Below, piece after piece: positions 21,407 through 31,848 of a DNA stretch of 64,000 nt. Every line of letters starts with the position of its first letter. Position 1 is the stretch's first letter. Source of the stretch: Podarcis pityusensis (lineage: Eukaryota); assembly GCA_964106645.2 (NCBI GenBank), contig OZ067051.1; one strand, 5' to 3'. The notes under the pieces are model-generated. The model did no database searches, was not told the DNA's origin, and worked only from the letters and a program-made list of their open reading frames with translations. A program made the position numbers and the translations under genes.

Positions 21407-22541
21407 TACACACAAATACAATAATACATACATCAACAATACAAAATTATACACATTCAAAACATTCCAGCAGTATTACGAACCAAACACATTAGTGTTT
21501 CTACAAAAAAAATTAAGACAAAAATGCCCAAGCAGCATCTTCACTTTAAAAGTATCCCAGGGTGGGGCAAGGCAGGTGGAAAAAGCTGAGGCCCCTAGAT
21601 GGTCCCAGCAGCCTCTCCCCTGGAGCCTCTTCAGATGCCTGTTGCCAAGGGAAACCTTCAAGACAATATAGTCTGAAGGCAGTTCCAAAGCGAAGGGACC
21701 ACTGGATCAAGCTTTTCCTGGGTGCCCTGGAGTGGCCCAGTGAGCCCAGCTCCTTCCAAGCATCACTTGGCCCCCCAACCACAACATAATTTCCACTCTC
21801 CCTCTGCTGGCCATCTTCTTTCCCCTCGGAAGGGCTTGGCTGCCTGGGCCTAAAGTTCCTCCAGGAGGCAGAAGCAGTCAAGAAATCCCCTGCTGCTGAG
21901 CTGGGCTGCAGTCTCTGCTGCACTGGTCTTTCCCAGCCTGGCAGAGCAGGATCCTTTCACTGGGGACTGATGTCCACAGCCTTGCCTCAAGCCACCTGCC
22001 ATCCCCCACTGGCCTGGACTAACACTTGTCTGTAGAGGCCGCCTGACGCAGCCTCCCCACCCCTGTTGCCAGAGAAAAGGCAGGGGCCCTTTCCTGCCCC
22101 AACACCTCCCTCCCTGGCATACACCCAAGGTCATCTTTCTTCATCCTGAAAGACTCTCCTGCCTTGGGAGGATGCAAGAGGCGCATCCTACTTGGAACTG
22201 TTATGGATGAGCCATCAGAGGAAGTGTCTGGAGCAGAGGAGCTGGACACTGCTGGGCTCTGCTCCAGAAGAGAGGGGTGGATTTGCAAACCGGTATCCCT
22301 TCCAGGGCACCTGGGCTGCAGGTGTTTCAGGGGAAGCAGTCCCTGTTGGGTTCTGGTCACCCCATGGACCTATAGCTAACAAGGAAGAGTTGATTTAACA
22401 GGGCAGCCCGACAGGGAACCTTGTGTGTGTGCTGCAAAAACACAGGGTCCCTGCAGGACAAGAGGATGCCCAGGCAGCTGCACTTGCCAGTTCAACGGTT
22501 GCAGCTGCGCAGCTTCAGCTGTCTGTCTGTGAGCTTTCCTC

Positions 22542-22583
22542 CCTTCCTTCCTTCCTTCCTTCCTTCCTTCCTTCCTTCCTTCC
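22542..22583. repeat. (CCTT)n microsatellite
   Basis: About 10 tandem units. Confidence 0.95.
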
Positions 22584-23842
22584 CTGAGAGACCCTTTGCC
22601 TAGCCACAACCCCTTTGGGCTACTTCTTTTCCACCTGACTGGGTGGAATTTAGACACATTTTAAAAAACACAGTGAAAATGCTTTTTTGAAAAAGCGTTT
22701 TGAAAAATATATTCAATCTGCCATAAGCTCATCTAGTGTAAAATTTGTATAATGCACTTCAAATACACTTAAAACATTATATTTGCAGCTATACAGCCGA
22801 GTCCTGGAGTCTTCACTGGTGCTCTTTCTCCCTTTCCAGGCTGCAAGGATGGCTCTGGATGGCTCCCTCCTTTCTCCAGGGAGACAGCCTTCCACTGTGG
22901 GCATGACCGGCCCAATATGTTCAACTGCCTGCCTGTGGCAAAGAAGGAAAGATGGAACGCCCCCCCCATCCCATGTACAGAAGACGACTGGACTGGCAGC
23001 TGACTCTTAATTCAGCCTTCCACACCATACTTGACACAGCAGACCAGATCCAATTTTCTGGACAAGTCACGCAGCAACAGGGGAATGGCTTGGAGGAGGG
23101 AGGAGGGCTTTAGATGAAAATGTGGGGGCTGCTGCCCCACCCCAGCATCTGCCACCTGAGGCAATTGCCTCAGTTTGCTTAATGGTTGGGCCAGCCCTGT
23201 TTTGGGATCAGAACCACAGGTGTCTCCACAACCTCCTTACATGAGGTAGCAAAAATGTAGGGCAAAAAACAAGGCTCAGGCAGGTTTCAGGGCACATGGC
23301 TCATGCCTGGGGACCCACAGGGTTAATGCCTCAAAACCCCTCAAAATCGGTTTGACAATCTCCATAGCCTGCCAAACTTATCGCCAACATCTGCCTCAAT
23401 AGAAAAGACACCTCCTCCTGCCTGGTAAACAAACTGTTCTTTCTAAACAGCCCAGGGGCCAAGACGGAGCAAATTGCCACTGGAGCAGCTCCAGGAGAAG
23501 AAGAGCCACAGAGTCCATCTGCAGCCACAGAGTCCTGCCATTGCTTTCGGAACTGCTTTTCTGCCTCCCACGAAATCCATCCATAGAGAGAGACCCCAAA
23601 GGAGCTCCGGGTAAGAGTCACATTGGGTCTGGTCAAGGCACAGAGGAGAGCAGATATAATTTATAATTTATATAATAGTTGTGATCAATGGGGCTTCCTT
23701 TCATGTTAGCGTCCAGGAGATTTCAGCCTGGGTGGTATAAGAATTCCCCCCCCCCCAATTACTGGGAGTCCTTTGGGTCCTTTTGAGGCTCTGTTACAGG
23801 GCAGACAGAGATGCAATTATAACATATATATATATATAATTA

Positions 23843-23995
23843 CTGTACTTTTCTGTGTGTAAGACTAGGTTTTTTTTTTACTTTAAAATAAGGTTAAAAA
23901 TCTGGGGGCATCTTATACATGGATAGTGCATATGCCCATTTTCTAAATTTGGGGTCCCCAAAAGTTGGGGATGTCTTATACATGGAAAAATACGG
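23843..23995. mobile_element. Tc2/pogo-like MITE (related fragment near 47992-48150)
   Basis: ta|ctgtacttttctgtgtgtaagac ... gtcttatacatggaaaaatacgg|ta. Confidence 0.7.
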
Positions 23996-24388
23996 TATAT
24001 TATATCAAATATATAATATAGATAGATGTAGATATACAGCAAGTCCCCATCACAACTGAGATGGCTGTAGCTGTTAAGGAATGTTCTATAAGATGGGGGG
24101 GGGGAGTTCTGCATCCCCCCATGTTCACCACTGTCCTGCATAACACACAGTAACAACAGCCTTCCGTGGGAACAAGGCAGGTGAAACAGCTCTTCTGAAT
24201 CCATCCTGTCTCCCTCTCTGGGGCTTGGCATGCCATGTGCAGGATGAGCTTCCTGGCCCCATTGCTACAGAGAGTCCTTAGTGCCTCGCCATCAGAAGTC
24301 ACTTTCCATCTGCAAGAAGAGGAGCTGGCTTAGCAGTGGCTTGACAGGGCCCCTTCTGTCCTTCTGTTTTCTAGGAGTCCTTCTGGCC

Positions 24389-24470
24389 ATGGGGGATGGC
24401 TGTCGGACCACCTGCCTGTTGCAGGTGCTCCTCCTCCCTCTCTTTGCGGCTGAGGAAATGCAGCAAACAG
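24389..24470 (+). CDS. IL9R: IL9R coding exon 1, signal peptide
   Basis: Kozak gccATGg; MGDGCRTTCLLQVLLLPLFAAEEMQQT|gtaggt; acceptor at 24374. Confidence 0.75.
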
Positions 24471-27400
24471 GTAGGTGGGGGGGGCGGTTCTTGGCCACCA
24501 AATGGACCCACAGAGAATGGGATGTACGTCTGAGGACCTGTGACCAGAGCGGAGCCCAAGAGGCACCACAAGGTCTCTCAGGACATCTCCTGCTCTCAGT
24601 GCTTGTGAATGTGTTAGGGTTTAACTTAAAAGCAGTTGGAGTGGGGGGCAGAGGTTCAATTTTGTCCAGAAAAGCAGCGTTGAAGGAGGGGGTAGTGTCT
24701 TTAATTCTCCACCTCAACAGGCCATTTTCCAGATTAAAATGCTGCTGTTCACCCTATTGTGGGTCAGGGAGACATATCCAGACCCATCTCTGGGCTTCTT
24801 TTCTGGCTTTGGCCCCTTTGAGAAAGGGGGACGTTCCCTAGGGTCTTTGCTGTTTTCTTTACAGAGTCCCCTTTCTACATTTGTTTAGATTTTTGATGTA
24901 ATACAGTGGTACCTCGGGTTACATATGCTTCAGGTTACATATGCTTCAGGTTACAGACTCCGCTAACCCAGAAATAGTGCTTCAGGTTAAGAACTTTGCT
25001 TCAGGATGAGAACAGAAATCGTGCTCCGGCGGCGCGGCGGCAGCGGGAGGCCCCATTAGCTAAAGTGGTGCTTCAGGTTAAGAACAGTTTCAGGTTAAGA
25101 ACAGACCTCCAGAACGAATTAAGTTCTTAACCCGAGGTACCACTATATATGTATTCCACCTTTCCAACCACATGTGTTGAGCTCAAAGTGACTCACAATA
25201 ATACCAGTTAAGAAACAACAAACAATGCAATCACTGTACAGTCAAAGCTCTGTTGTTGAACGTAATCCGTTCTGGAAGACAGTTCGACTTCTGAAATGTT
25301 CGACAACTGAGGATCAAAGGGTGGTTAGCAAAGTCAATGGAGAAAAAAGAACAAAACTCCCCAGAAGCTGTTTGGCTTTCTAAAATCGTTTGAAACCGGA
25401 GCAGTTACTTCCAGGTTTTCAGCATTCGGGAGCTGAAACGTACAATAACGGAGGCGTTCAGGAACCAAGGTTTGGCTGTAATATCAAACACAGTAGCGTA
25501 TGACAAAACAAATTCATCAAGATGATTTAATAAAGTAATTCAAAATATCAGAAAGAGCTGCTGAGCACCAGCCCTGTACTAGATGACACCCTCTCTCTGA
25601 GAAAGGGCTTTTTCTTCATCCAGTGCAGTGGACAGGGCATGCTCAGACACAGGTGAGAAGCAGGAGGTTGCAGAAGAAAACACAAGGGCATAGCAGCTTG
25701 TCCACTGAAATCCCCAAATCAGATCTCTCCTCCAGAAACCTCCCAGCAACCCAGAGGGGCAGATTGCTCCTTTCATCTTCTGCTCAAGGCAGCAATGCTT
25801 CTTAATGCCAGCTGCTGGAAACCACAGTTTGGAGGAGTGCTGCTTATGGGCTTCTTCGCTTTGGAGCATTTAGTTGGCCACTGTGAGAACCAGAGGCTGA
25901 ACTAGATGAACCACTGGCTTCATCCAGCTGCAGGGCTCACTTTGTGTTCTTATGCTCTTGTCCCCAAAGCATCTGCAACCTCTTCTCTTCTTCCCAGTGC
26001 CACCTCATGGCACAATTGGAATAAACACAAGCCAAAGTTCAGGAGGGAGGGCGGGAGTGGTGCTGGACTGATGAAGGTGCGGCTGGCTTCTAACGGTGCC
26101 ATTTCCCCCCTTTTCTCTGTCTCCTGGCAGGGCTCTCCAACAACAGTGTGCGGTGCCTGAACAATTATGGGTCGCAGGGCCGCAGGGTGAACTGCACATG
26201 GCACCGCCGTGACACGATCCTGGGAGAAGGACCCTTCCACCTCAATTTCTCTGAGTAAGGGCAGGGACACCAAGCCCTGGTCCCTGCTGGGGTGACTGAG
26301 GGCTGGCAGGAGCCAGGTTTCTTGCAGGGTGGCTCTGGGTTCCCGGGCAGTGTATCTCTCATTTGTGGTTGCAAGCTGTGGGGAAAAGGAGATGCCTGCA
26401 CAGTCCAGGGGATGTTGGTGATTGATGGGTTTCAGGAGCCAGAGAGCAGACTTCCTAGGACTTTGGCTAGAGCACAAGGGGCAAAAAGCAACAGCCACAG
26501 CAGGGTATATCTTCTTGGGAGAAAATGCCCATGGTGCTAGGCACAACCACAGAGTCAAAGGCTGCTCTGCCCAATACCACGCCCATCCCAGCCCCCAGAG
26601 GTTTGTCTGAGTCCCTTCCCTGGTGGCACCTCCGGGCAATCCTTAATTTCTCCAAGGTGCACCTTTAGATTTTCAGGTTGCATGGAAACAAATCCCTGTC
26701 CCTCCCTCCTTTCATCCCTTTCGGACACACAGTTAGACACTTCGGTCAGGAAGTTCAGGTATGTGAGTGTTGTGATAGGAGTTACTCTCCATATGCTCAG
26801 AGGCACTCTCTCCTTCCTCTTATGGCAACCGGCCACATTCCCCCAGCCATGCTTCATGCTGGGCGGCCACCCCAAGGAAGGACCTTCTTCCTCCTCTCCT
26901 CTGTTTTGCAGCCTCCTTGGTCTCAACAGTGACCTCATCTGCCATCTCTCTGAGGAGGCCCTGGACCAGTTCAGCTGCTCTGTGAATAGTGAAGAGGGCG
27001 AGTTCACAGAGAACGATGAGTACAGCGTCTCCTTGTATGCCTCCTCCTCCTCCGGAAACGGACTCATCGTCTTTGCGATGTATGAGCCCAGGCTGCACAG
27101 TGAGTCTTCTTGCATGTGGAAGGACTGACTCAAACTTCTCCAGGACGGAAGAGTGGCCATGGTTGGAGGCAAGGGTCCTTGTGTCCTCCAGCTGTTGGGG
27201 ACAGTCTGTTTGCCCCCAGCCTTTTCCCTCCCCTTCACCTCTCTTTCTGAGCTTTTTCCAGCCCTGGACATCCTGGTGAGCCCTGCTGAGTTCTCCCTGA
27301 GCAGCAGCAGCTCCTTGGAGGATGTCCCAGGAGTGCGCACATACACACTGTGTTGCTTTTGGGTGGGTGGGGGTCTTCTTGGCTCCCAGTAGCACCTCCT

Positions 27401-30400
27401 CTCCGCTCTCTATCTCTTTCCAGTCAAATGTGAGCCACCGTTTGACCTGCAGAGCAACATGAGTTCCAGCAAGTGCTGGATGCAGTGGAGGAGGCCAGAG
27501 GCCTATGAAGACATTTTCCTGGACGACTGGCAATGGGAACTGGCATTCAAGACCACAGAAGCACCCTGGGAGGTAAGAGGCCACTGAAATGGGCTGAAAG
27601 TGGGAGGCATTTCACCACCTCTTGCCTTCTCAAGGATCACAATGCCCTGGAGGATAGGAGACAGGAGGGCTCTTGGCTGACACACAGCACAGAGACGTCT
27701 GGTCAAGGTTTGCACACTGACGGGGATGGCAAATGGCTGAGCAGCAGGGATATCTACAACTGAGAAAATAGGGTTGTATGGAAGCACAAGCAAACGTTGA
27801 GTCTGAACAAGCTGTTAGCGGCATAAGGTCTCCACCCGGAAGCCCCCATCTCCTTCTGGCATTTGCTATGACTTACAGGGCCTGCCCAACTGAATTCTGT
27901 CTAATGGGATCATTGCTTGTGCTCCGATCCTTCACAGCAGAAACAGAACAAGGTCTGGGTCAACAAAGAAATGCGGGTGGCGGGTGGCACTGTGGGTTAA
28001 ACCACAGAGCCTAGGGTTGTTCGGTCCCTGCTCTTGCCAACCTAGCAGTTTGAAAGCACATCAAAGTGCAAGTAGATAAATAGGTACCACTCTGGTGGGA
28101 AGGTAAACGGCATTTCCGTGCGCTGCTCTGGTTCGCCAGAAGCGGCTTAGTCATGCTGGCCACATGACCTGGAAGCTGTACGCTGGCTCCCTCAGCCAGT
28201 AAAGCGAGATGAGCACCGCAACCCCAGAGTCGTCCACAACTGGACCTAATGGTCAGGGCTCCCTTTACCTTTTACAGGGCCTGTCCAACTGAATTCTGTC
28301 TAATGGGATCATTGCTTGTGCTCCAATCCTTCACAGCAGGCACAGAACAAGGTCTGGGTTAATAAAGAAACATGGGTGGAAATTGAGGGCTTCGAGTTCG
28401 AGTCTGGCGTAGAGTACGTGGCAAGAATTCGCTGCAAAACTCCAGATGTGAATATGCACTACAGAAGCCAGTGGAGTCCATGGAGCGCCACCACCAAGTG
28501 GAAAGCCCCCCCAGGTCTGGTACAAAGCTGTGCTGCATTTGATGTGCCACACACCCAGGTCCACACACATACAAATTCCACTTCTCTTGCTTGCACTCAT
28601 TTGTGTCATAGGTTTTGTTTTTCTTAAGCTCAAAGGAAATTACAACTCACAAAACAAAGCCCCCCCCCCCCCATTTGAAAAAACAGGGTCACATCTCTTG
28701 GGGGGGAAGGTCTTTGGTGTTTCTCAGAACTAGTCAGGTGAGCTTCTCAAGGGACAGATTTTTAAAATCTGCCTTCCCGGGCAAGACACAGACTCTCTGT
28801 GGCTACCAGTTTCATCCCCCAAAGATTTATTTAGTATTTTACTGGAGCTGAATATATCCCACACACCACACAGGCTGAATAAGCTCTTGGTGAAATGTGT
28901 GTCTGCTTGTTTGCCATTTCAAAGTGAAACCTACAAAAAGGCAACTGTGCTCATTCCTTCGGTTGCCAGCTCCTTTTCTGGCAAACCGAGGGCAATCCTC
29001 CACTGTACTGATGATTCTATCCACAGGCAACGGGCAGCAGCAACATCGGGAGTCCCACCTCCTGAAGCATGTGTTCAATCTGCTCTTTCTCTGCCTGGGC
29101 ATCCTGCTGTTCCTGCTCCTGGTACTCACAATCTTCTGGAGGTATATCACTCACTCATTCATTCATTCATTTCGCCTGGAGATGTTGCATACAGACAGCC
29201 AGGAGGGCCCAGGCACCAGTATTTGTGTTTTGCTCATCACATGAGGTCAGAGAAGGAGTTGGGGTCTCTGGCCCAGGCTTTGCTACCCTGAGTTGCAGTC
29301 CCTGGTGCCCACACAATGTGCCTAGTGCATGCACAAGCACAGAAAACAGAGACAAAGGAAAGGGAGGCTTTTGTGGTTCCCACAGCAGGAAAGGGGTATC
29401 TGTCGCATAAAAGGCACACAGAGTACAGTATATCTATCTCCTTCTGCCCTGCCCTGAAGTGGGATTGGGTGTGGCTGATGCTCAGCCTTTTGTGTGCATG
29501 GAGGCACCAATTCCTTCAGTTGCGTGAACGCCTGCCCTTCTAGGGCATTTGCATACAACCAGACTCTACTCTCCAGCTCTAAATTGGCCCAGCAGGTGGG
29601 CAGGAGTTTGCCTGTGCTTTCTCTTTTCCTCACTGGGGTTGACATGCACCAAGGAGGTGGAATAGGGGCAGAAGGAGGAGACAATTATTTGTACACCACC
29701 AGCATCCAGGAAGATGGACTGTGGGAGGCTGGAAGAAGAGAAGGGGTATTTTCCCATGGGCTGTGGTTCTCTCTTTCCACAGGTCCAAGGGCCATTGCAG
29801 CGCAAACATCCCCAGCCCAGCGGCTTATTTCCAGCCCCTTTATCTCTCACACAGTGGGGATTTCAAGGTAACAACCATGATCTCAGGAGCAGTCAGATAG
29901 AACCTGATGATGGCTGAGTACCAAGCCAGGGAGGGTGGGGTGTAATTCTCAGGCTGCCATGGAGAAGTGGGCCTCCCATCCTTTCAGAAGAGAAGGGGGT
30001 TTCAGCTGCAGAGATGGCTTCCTGGGCAAGGTTTTGGTATTGTCGTCTGGGAGTCTTCCTGGTCCCTCTCTGGTAGTGGTGGCAGATGTGGGTGTCAGGC
30101 TGGCAGCTTTGTGGCCTAGGCAGGACCTGGCCTCCTCACCTGAAGGCAGGTTGTAAACTGCTTGGAGAATTCTTTGGAATAATAATAATAGTAACAATAA
30201 TAATTTTATTATTTGTACCCCACCCATCTGAATGGGTTGCCCCAGCCAGTCTGAGTGGCTTCCAGCATATATAAAAACATAATAAAACATTAAACATTAA
30301 AAACTTCCCTATGCAGGGCTGCTTTCAGATGTCTTCTAAAGGTTTTATAGTTACTTACTGTATCTCCTTGACATCTGGTGGGAGGGCGTTCCACAGGGTG

Positions 30401-31494
30401 GATGCCACTACTGAGAAAGCCTTTCCTTGTTCCCTATAACCTCACTTCTCGCAGTGAGGGAACCGCCGAAGGCCCTCAGCGCTAGATTTCAGTGTCCAGG
30501 CTGAACAATGGGAGTGGAGACACTCCTTCAGGTACAGAGGGCCAAGGCCGCTTAGAGCTTTAAAGGTCAGCACCAGCACTTTGATTTTTGTTTGAAAACG
30601 TACTGGGAGCCAATGTAGGTATTTCAGGATCAGTGCGTATAGTCCCAGCGGCCGCTCCTGGTCACCAGTCCAGCTGCTGCATTCTGGATTAGTTGTAGTT
30701 TCCGAAATGTAGTTTTGGAAATCTGAAGCAGCGCACAAATCATGTAAATAAAAGAAACTAATCTCAACCAACCAAGTTCTCCAGGTGTCTAGGGATGAAT
30801 ATACACACACACCCTGCAAGTAGCAGGAAGCCCAAAAAGAGGTGCACACTGACTCTAGCAGTAGCCGAGGGGGCAGCAGGATCATGCCCATGCTGGCTTC
30901 CGGCATGGAAAGCCATTCCAGGTGGGGAACCTGAGGCTATTTTCTGCTCTCTTCCAGCGCTGGGCTGGCCTGGCAGAAAAGACCGGTAGCAACGAGGACA
31001 AGGAGATGCCCTGGGACCACAGCAAGGGGGGCGAGGAGGATAAAGCCCCCCCAGCAGGCATTTCCCGGCTTTCCTTCTGCCAGCCGCTGCCAGAGGATGA
31101 GGCCCTGTCCAAAGAGAGCAGTTGCCCCCCGCCTGAGATGCCAGACTATCAACATATGGCCAGCAAACAGAGAGGCCTCGAGGAAGACCTGAAACAGCCA
31201 CAGCCTGAAGCAGAGGCACCCCTTCCCTCTGGGGAAACAGAGCAGGAGAGCTCTTCTTCTTTGCCATGCGAGTGGGGCTTCGCCTTCCAAGAACAGGGCT
31301 CACTGGAGACGGAGACACCTGCCCTCCTCCTCCTCTTTGGCAGCAATGATTACTGCGCCTTGGGAGGTGACCACAGCCAGCCAGGCTCCAGGCCTGCTGC
31401 TGAGCAGCTGCTGCAAAGCATCTCAGCATGGGGGCCGGGCCAGGCTGCAAAGGACTCCCCCCAGGCTGTTCTGGGCCCCACTAGCCATGTCTGA
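24389..31494 (+). CDS. IL9R: Interleukin-9 receptor, 485 aa: join(24389..24470,26131..26254,26912..27099,27424..27572,28337..28514,29027..29141,29783..29867,30958..31494)
   Basis: Phases are compatible (1458 nt). PPFDLQSNMSS (human PPSDLQSNISS), ELAFK...PWEQAQ (human ELAFK...AWEQAQ), QWSPWS, Box1 NIPSPAAYFQPLY, NDYCALG (human NNYCALG). Confidence 0.9.
24904..25145. mobile_element. Tc1/mariner (Tigger-like) MITE, 242 bp
   Basis: ta|cagtggtacctcgggtta ... taacccgaggtaccacta|ta; internal repeats of gcttcaggtta. Confidence 0.88.
25239..25478. mobile_element. Tc1/mariner MITE, 240 bp
   Basis: ta|cagtcaaagctctgtt ... aaccaaggtttggctg|ta. Confidence 0.75.
25780..25955 (+). mobile_element. CR1 3'-end fragment (similar pieces near 34140-34310 + and 61910-62250 -)
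   Basis: gttggccactgtgagaac...ctagatg...catccagc...gttcttatg. Confidence 0.65.
26131..26254 (+). CDS. IL9R: IL9R coding exon 2
   Basis: LSNNSVRCLNNYGSQGRRVNCTWHRRDTILGEGPFHLNFS|gtaagg (C...CxW motif). Confidence 0.88.
26912..27099 (+). CDS. IL9R: IL9R coding exon 3
   Basis: LLGLNSDLICHLSEEALDQFSCSV...FTENDEYSVSL...YEPRLH|gtgagt. Confidence 0.88.
27424..27572 (+). CDS. IL9R: IL9R coding exon 4
   Basis: (I)KCEPPFDLQSNMSSSKCWMQW...WELAFKTTEAPWE|gtaaga. Confidence 0.92.
27981..28271 (+). mobile_element. Sauria SINE flanked by a 108-bp direct duplication (27873-27980 / 28272-28379)
   Basis: cgggtggcactgtgggttaaaccacagagcctagg...gtgcaagtagataaataggtacc...ggacctaatggtcaggg..ccctttacct tail. Confidence 0.88.
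28337..28514 (+). CDS. IL9R: IL9R coding exon 5 (WSXWS)
   Basis: NAGNAG acceptor; QAQNKVWVNKETWVEIEGFEFESGVEYVARIRCKTPDVNMHYRSQWSPWSATTKWKAPP; weak but phase-correct donor gtctgg. Confidence 0.88.
29027..29141 (+). CDS. IL9R: IL9R coding exon 6 (transmembrane)
   Basis: NGQQQHRESHLLKHVFNLLFLCLGILLFLLLVLTIFW(R)|gtatat. Confidence 0.88.
29783..29867 (+). CDS. IL9R: IL9R coding exon 7 (Box1)
   Basis: SKGHCSANIPSPAAYFQPLYLSHSGDFK|gtaaca. Confidence 0.92.
30178..30710 (-). mobile_element. L2-clade LINE 3' fragment
   Basis: Minus strand reads LKYLHWLPVRFQTKIKVLVLTFKALSGLGPLYLKE; AT-rich tail near 30180-30212. Confidence 0.8.
30958..31494 (+). CDS. IL9R: IL9R terminal coding exon
   Basis: ctcttccag|RWAGLAEK...DYQHM...NDYCALGG...PTSHV*. 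Confidence 0.88.
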   Translation, partial: RWAGLAEKTGSNEDKEMPWDHSKGGEEDKAPPAGISRLSFCQPLPEDEALSKESSCPPPEMPDYQHMASKQRGLEEDLKQPQPEAEAPLPSGETEQESSSSLPCEWGFAFQEQGSLETETPALLLLFGSNDYCALGGDHSQPGSRPAAEQLLQSISAWGPGQAAKDSPQAVLGPTSHV

Positions 31495-31842
31495 CCCCCA
31501 CCCACAGATCAAGGCGAGCCCTGTTGCCCTGACCATGGCTGGGCTGAGGTCTTGATGGATGGATATTTCCCCAGTGGGGCTGGACAAAAGACTGTCAGTG
31601 TGACTTGATGACTGGGCCTCTCTCTTGTCTGGCCTTGGAAGGGGGCATCCCTGGAAGAAAGGAGGCAGAGGAGCATTTGGGAGCTGCGTTGCAGTGGGAG
31701 ACTCAGAGCTGATAGTTGGAGTATGTGCAGCTGGGTTGGCAGGGGGTAGTACAGTGTTGGAGAGCAGATGCAAAAACCACAACACGGCGGCTTCCTTTCT
31801 TGAGGTGCCTGCTTCTTTCCAGTGAGTTCTGCTTGCAACTGC

Positions 31843-31848
31843 AATAAA
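31843..31848 (+). other. IL9R polyadenylation signal AATAAA
   Basis: About 350 nt after the stop. Confidence 0.6.

Noticed and set aside
23451-23610. Possible IL9R non-coding exon (ctaaacag|...cgg|gtaaga)
   Set aside because: Plausible splice signals only, with no independent support; not listed as a feature.
25950-27584. Minus-strand ORFs of 229-263 aa
   Set aside because: They overlap IL9R exons and introns in antisense with no motif support.
24389-31494. IL2RB or a second IL21R as the identity of the third receptor
   Set aside because: DLQSN.SS, ELAFK...WEQAQ and N.YCALG match IL9R; the tail is short and lacks IL21R's SIDTV and DSGF blocks.
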